NCBI GenBank assembly: GCA_964490275.1 | Contig: CAZBBL010000001.1 | Coordinates: 1-38,901 of the forward strand | Direction: 5' to 3' | Origin: an uncultured Barnesiella sp. | GTDB lineage: Bacteria > Bacteroidota > Bacteroidia > Bacteroidales > Muribaculaceae | DNA length: 38,901 bases | Part shown: piece by piece, positions 37,359 through 38,901 of the stretch | Numbering within the stretch: position 1 is the first letter of the stretch | How the letters are laid out: each line of letters opens with the position of its first letter | Notes under the pieces: generated by a model | What the model saw: only the letters and a program-made list of their open reading frames with translations | What the model was told of the DNA's origin: nothing | The model's database searches: none | Program-made: the position numbers and the translations under genes

Positions 37359-37387
37359 GAAGGCGAGTCCATTGCGGGCTCGCCTTC
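37359..37387. terminator. Hairpin between convergent fabD and thioredoxin genes
   Basis: GAAGGCGAGTCC-attgc-GGGCTCGCCTTC. Confidence 0.7.
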
Positions 37388-37411
37388 ATTAATTTCGTCA
37401 AAAGAGATACG

Positions 37412-37885
37412 TTAGATATTCTTGTCGAGGAAAGAATAAAATTCGTCTTTAGACATCAATCCTACGTTAGATTGTATCTCGCCGTTGGGGGTGATTAAAA
37501 CAACCATCGGGATAGACTCTACGCCGAAGTTTTCGGCCAAAGAAGAATATTTGTCGATATCAACCTCGAGGAATTGCACCTTGCCGTCGTAGTCGCTCTT
37601 AGCCTGATAGAAGGTGGGAGTAAACTGCTTGCAGGGGCCACACCATGTGGCATTGAAGTCAATAACAACAGGCTGGTCTGAGGCGAGTTTTTCGCCAAGT
37701 TCGCCGGCCAATACGTCATAAATCTCTTGAGCCTCGGTAGACGCTTGCTCAGTAGCTTCGCCATTTTCGGCTACTTGCTCTGAATCGGTGTCAGCTGCTT
37801 GGCTGTCGGCTTTGCCCGAGCATGAAGCCAGCGACATCATAGCTGCTACGCAGAGCGCTCCTACAAATGATTTTACGATTTTCAT
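37412..37885 (-). CDS. Thioredoxin-domain lipoprotein
   Basis: Lipobox LASC, acidic linker, DFNATWCGPCK, SIP cis-Pro loop. Confidence 0.9.
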   Translation of the reverse strand: MKIVKSFVGALCVAAMMSLASCSGKADSQAADTDSEQVAENGEATEQASTEAQEIYDVLAGELGEKLASDQPVVIDFNATWCGPCKQFTPTFYQAKSDYDGKVQFLEVDIDKYSSLAENFGVESIPMVVLITPNGEIQSNVGLMSKDEFYSFLDKNI

Positions 37886-37959
37886 GATTAGAATGTCACT
37901 ATTTTTTAATTGTTTGCAATTGTGATATTTGCGGGGTGTGATTGTTGGGTAGAGGGGTA

Positions 37960-38385
37960 TTATTCCTCGGAGGGTTGTGCAGCCAAGCGCTCGTCGATCA
38001 TGCGATAGAGCTCATCTTTGGAGATGTCGCCCATCAAGCATTCGTCGCTTGCGCCACCGGCGAGTATGAATTTCACTACCGGCAACACCTCGGTGTCGAT
38101 GCCCAGGGGCATTATCACATCGAAGTTATCTTTGTCGACGGTGACAAACTCTACGCGTCCGGCATAGTCGTTGGCGGCTTGGGCAAACAACGCTGCGTCG
38201 ACCTCTACGCCTACGACGGTGAGATGGTCGGTGACACGCTCTATTTGTTCAAACGTGGTGACGTGTTGCACACCGGTGGGCACGGGGTCTTTGCCTGCAC
38301 GACGACAGCAGAAGACCGCCGCCGCTATCAATACGGCGACGGTCACTACTGTAATTGTCAATCGTTTTTTGCTTTTGCTATTCAT
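37960..38385 (-). CDS. Membrane-anchored thioredoxin-like protein lacking CxxC
   Basis: N-terminal hydrophobic helix; C-terminal half aligns by eye with the neighbouring thioredoxin. Confidence 0.6.
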   Translation of the reverse strand: MNSKSKKRLTITVVTVAVLIAAAVFCCRRAGKDPVPTGVQHVTTFEQIERVTDHLTVVGVEVDAALFAQAANDYAGRVEFVTVDKDNFDVIMPLGIDTEVLPVVKFILAGGASDECLMGDISKDELYRMIDERLAAQPSEE

Positions 38386-38404
38386 TAGTGGGTTGGGCTA
38401 ATGA

Positions 38405-38901
38405 TTAGAGAGCACCTGCCAAAGCGTCGTTGGTTTTGTGGACGGCTTCTGCGCTCTTGTGGAAGAGAGCTTTTTCGGCGTCGTTGAGCGGGAGTTCAAC
38501 GATTTTTTCGATACCGTCTTTGCCAAGGATACAGGGAACGCCGATGCAAAGATCGCTTTCGCCATATTCGCCTTCGAGCAAAGCTGAGCAGGGGATAAGT
38601 TTCTTTTGGTCGCCGAGCACAGCACCTACAACTTGAGCTGCAGCTGCACCGGGAGCATACCATGCTGATGTGCCGAGGAGTTTGGTGAGGGTTGCACCGC
38701 CTACCATTGTGTCGGCAGCTACTTTAGCGATAGCTTCTTCAGAGAGGAACTCTGTAGCGGGCACGCCGCGATAAGCAGCGAAGCGAGTCAACGGAATCAT
38801 AGTTGTGTCGCCGTGGCCACCGATTACGATGCCTTCGATTTCTTTAGCGTTAGCGCCGAGAGCTTGGCTCAAGAAATATTTGAAGCGAGCGCTGTCGAGT
38901 G
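38405..38901 (-). CDS. mdh: Malate dehydrogenase, 3' part (5' end lies beyond the window)
   Basis: LDSARF at the window edge, IGGHGDTTMIP, GTSAWYAPG, GEYG, IGVP. Confidence 0.92.
   Translation of the reverse strand, partial: LDSARFKYFLSQALGANAKEIEGIVIGGHGDTTMIPLTRFAAYRGVPATEFLSEEAIAKVAADTMVGGATLTKLLGTSAWYAPGAAAAQVVGAVLGDQKKLIPCSALLEGEYGESDLCIGVPCILGKDGIEKIVELPLNDAEKALFHKSAEAVHKTNDALAGAL

Overview
Bacteroidales-type DNA (TAnnTTTG promoter boxes and gene content; family probably Muribaculaceae-like, which is inference only). Positions 147-27170 hold one tightly coupled, + strand, Wzx/Wzy-type surface-polysaccharide operon. It encodes a flippase, 10 glycosyltransferases, two Wzy/ligase-like paralogues, a pyruvyl transferase, four O-acyltransferases and a membrane-anchored tandem FGE/SUMF1-like protein. 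Inside the operon is a ~7.15 kb lower-GC acyl-building cassette (WcaF-like, FabD, ACP, SDR, two KAS III, MBL hydrolase, GNAT-like, YdjC deacetylase). The cassette is bracketed by a 29-bp direct repeat (27/29 identical) that duplicates the 3' end of the upstream GT2 gene. Recombination between the copies would remove the cassette and leave both flanking genes intact; this is the main finding. Positions 27272-38901 are mostly housekeeping: DUF4831-like, nnr, hpt, adk, a GTAG-type REP/hairpin cluster, SulP, a WG-repeat lipoprotein, tatAC, fabD, a thioredoxin plus a CxxC-less paralogue, and partial mdh. All family calls come from motif recognition by eye; no searches were run.
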